Assembly (NCBI GenBank): GCA_043813215.1
Contig: JBDRLH010000003.1
Coordinates: 1-36,207 of the forward strand
DNA from: Parcubacteria group bacterium
GTDB taxonomy: Bacteria; Patescibacteriota; Minisyncoccia; Minisyncoccales; JAQTPW01
DNA length: 36,207 nucleotides
Reading direction: 5' to 3'
Part shown: in pieces, positions 35,645 through 36,207 of the stretch
Layout of the letters: every line of letters begins with the position of its first letter
Position numbering within the stretch: position 1 is the stretch's first letter
The notes under the pieces: model-generated
What the model saw: the letters and a program-made list of their open reading frames with translations, nothing else
The model's database searches: none
What the model was told of the DNA's origin: nothing
Made by a program: the position numbers and the translations under genes

Positions 35645-36207
35645 ATGACAAGGCTCTCGATAAATCCGACAAGAATGGAGCTTTTAAAGCTCAAAAAGCG
35701 CTTAAAAACTGCTTCCCAGGGTTATAAACTGTTAAAAGATAAAAGGGACGGCTTGATGAAGAAATTTATGGAAGTGATCCGAAAATCTAAAGACCTAAGA
35801 GAGAAGGTGGAAGCAGAGCTTAAGTCGGCCTTTGAGAATTTTATTTTTGCTGCCAGCCTGATGTCGCCCGAAGTTTTGGGAGAGGCGTTGGCGGTTCCGG
35901 CAAAAATAATAAAGTTGGAAGCCAAAACAAAGAACGTCATGGGTGTGAACATTCCGCAGTTTGAATATGAAGAGAAAGGAGATTTTTTGTGCTATTCTCT
36001 TTTATCTACGCCGGCTGACTTAGATGAGGCGCTTGATGTTTTTTCCAAGGTTATTAAAGATTTAATTTACCTGGCGGAAATTGACCATTCGGCAAGATTG
36101 CTGGCTGAAGAAATTGAAAAGACGAGAAGAAGAGTTAATGCCCTGGAGTATGTTTTTATTCCGAATATCAAAGAAACGATAAAGTATATTAATACAAAGT
36201 TGATAGA
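35645..36207 (+). CDS. atpD: V/A-type ATPase central-stalk subunit D (3' end truncated by the window edge)
   Basis: I translated it by hand as MTRLSINPTRMELLKLKKRLKTASQGYKLLKDKRDGLMKKF...EKTRRRVNALEYVFIPN. The motifs PTRMELL...GxxLLKxKRD and RRVNALE are diagnostic. It is not in the ORF track because no stop codon lies in the window. Confidence 0.85.
   Translation, partial: MTRLSINPTRMELLKLKKRLKTASQGYKLLKDKRDGLMKKFMEVIRKSKDLREKVEAELKSAFENFIFAASLMSPEVLGEALAVPAKIIKLEAKTKNVMGVNIPQFEYEEKGDFLCYSLLSTPADLDEALDVFSKVIKDLIYLAEIDHSARLLAEEIEKTRRRVNALEYVFIPNIKETIKYINTKLI

Overview
This is an AT-rich, very gene-dense window: about 38 protein genes, 1 tRNA, mostly short intergenic spacers, and several ATGA or TTAA start/stop overlaps. 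The content looks like a reduced-genome bacterium of the CPR/Patescibacteria type, which is an inference from gene content and compaction. The genetic code appears standard, because TGA, TAG and TAA each end conserved proteins at their natural C-termini.

Gene content, left to right:
- a promoter-to-terminator unit that encodes a structured RNA rather than a protein
- a PilB/GspE-type ATPase
- tsaE, then a stand-alone 5'-3' exonuclease
- a five-gene signalling cluster: TM coiled-coil protein, FIST protein, cytoplasmic PAS histidine kinase, and two receiver-only response regulators
- mutM, holA, rpsT
- an orphan B12-binding radical SAM protein, then uvrB
- a DUF2178-like membrane protein with an XRE regulator
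- a DEAD-box helicase, a COG1533-like radical-SAM-like protein, and an OB-DHH-DHHA1 nuclease-like protein
- a barstar-like protein, a MurE-like ligase, archease and RtcB
- a NIF3-like protein, metK, and a family-4 UDG
- a divergent Elp3 / Trm9-like pair abutting tRNA-Arg(CCG)
- a DUF362 Fe-S protein
- a V/A-type ATPase operon in the order H-I-K-E-C-F-A-B-D, with D truncated by the window end

Most notable observations:
- a eukaryote/archaea-style Elp3 + Trm9 wobble-uridine module whose start codons are back to back
- an archease gene interrupted by an in-frame TAG exactly where a conserved Trp is expected, with the conserved C-terminal strand encoded after it
- an unclassified rod-closed small RNA
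- a complete Na+-binding signature in the V-ATPase proteolipid
- a 21-bp-periodic ATAAC motif array upstream of the DUF2178/XRE pair

All homology calls rest on motif recognition by eye. No searches were run.
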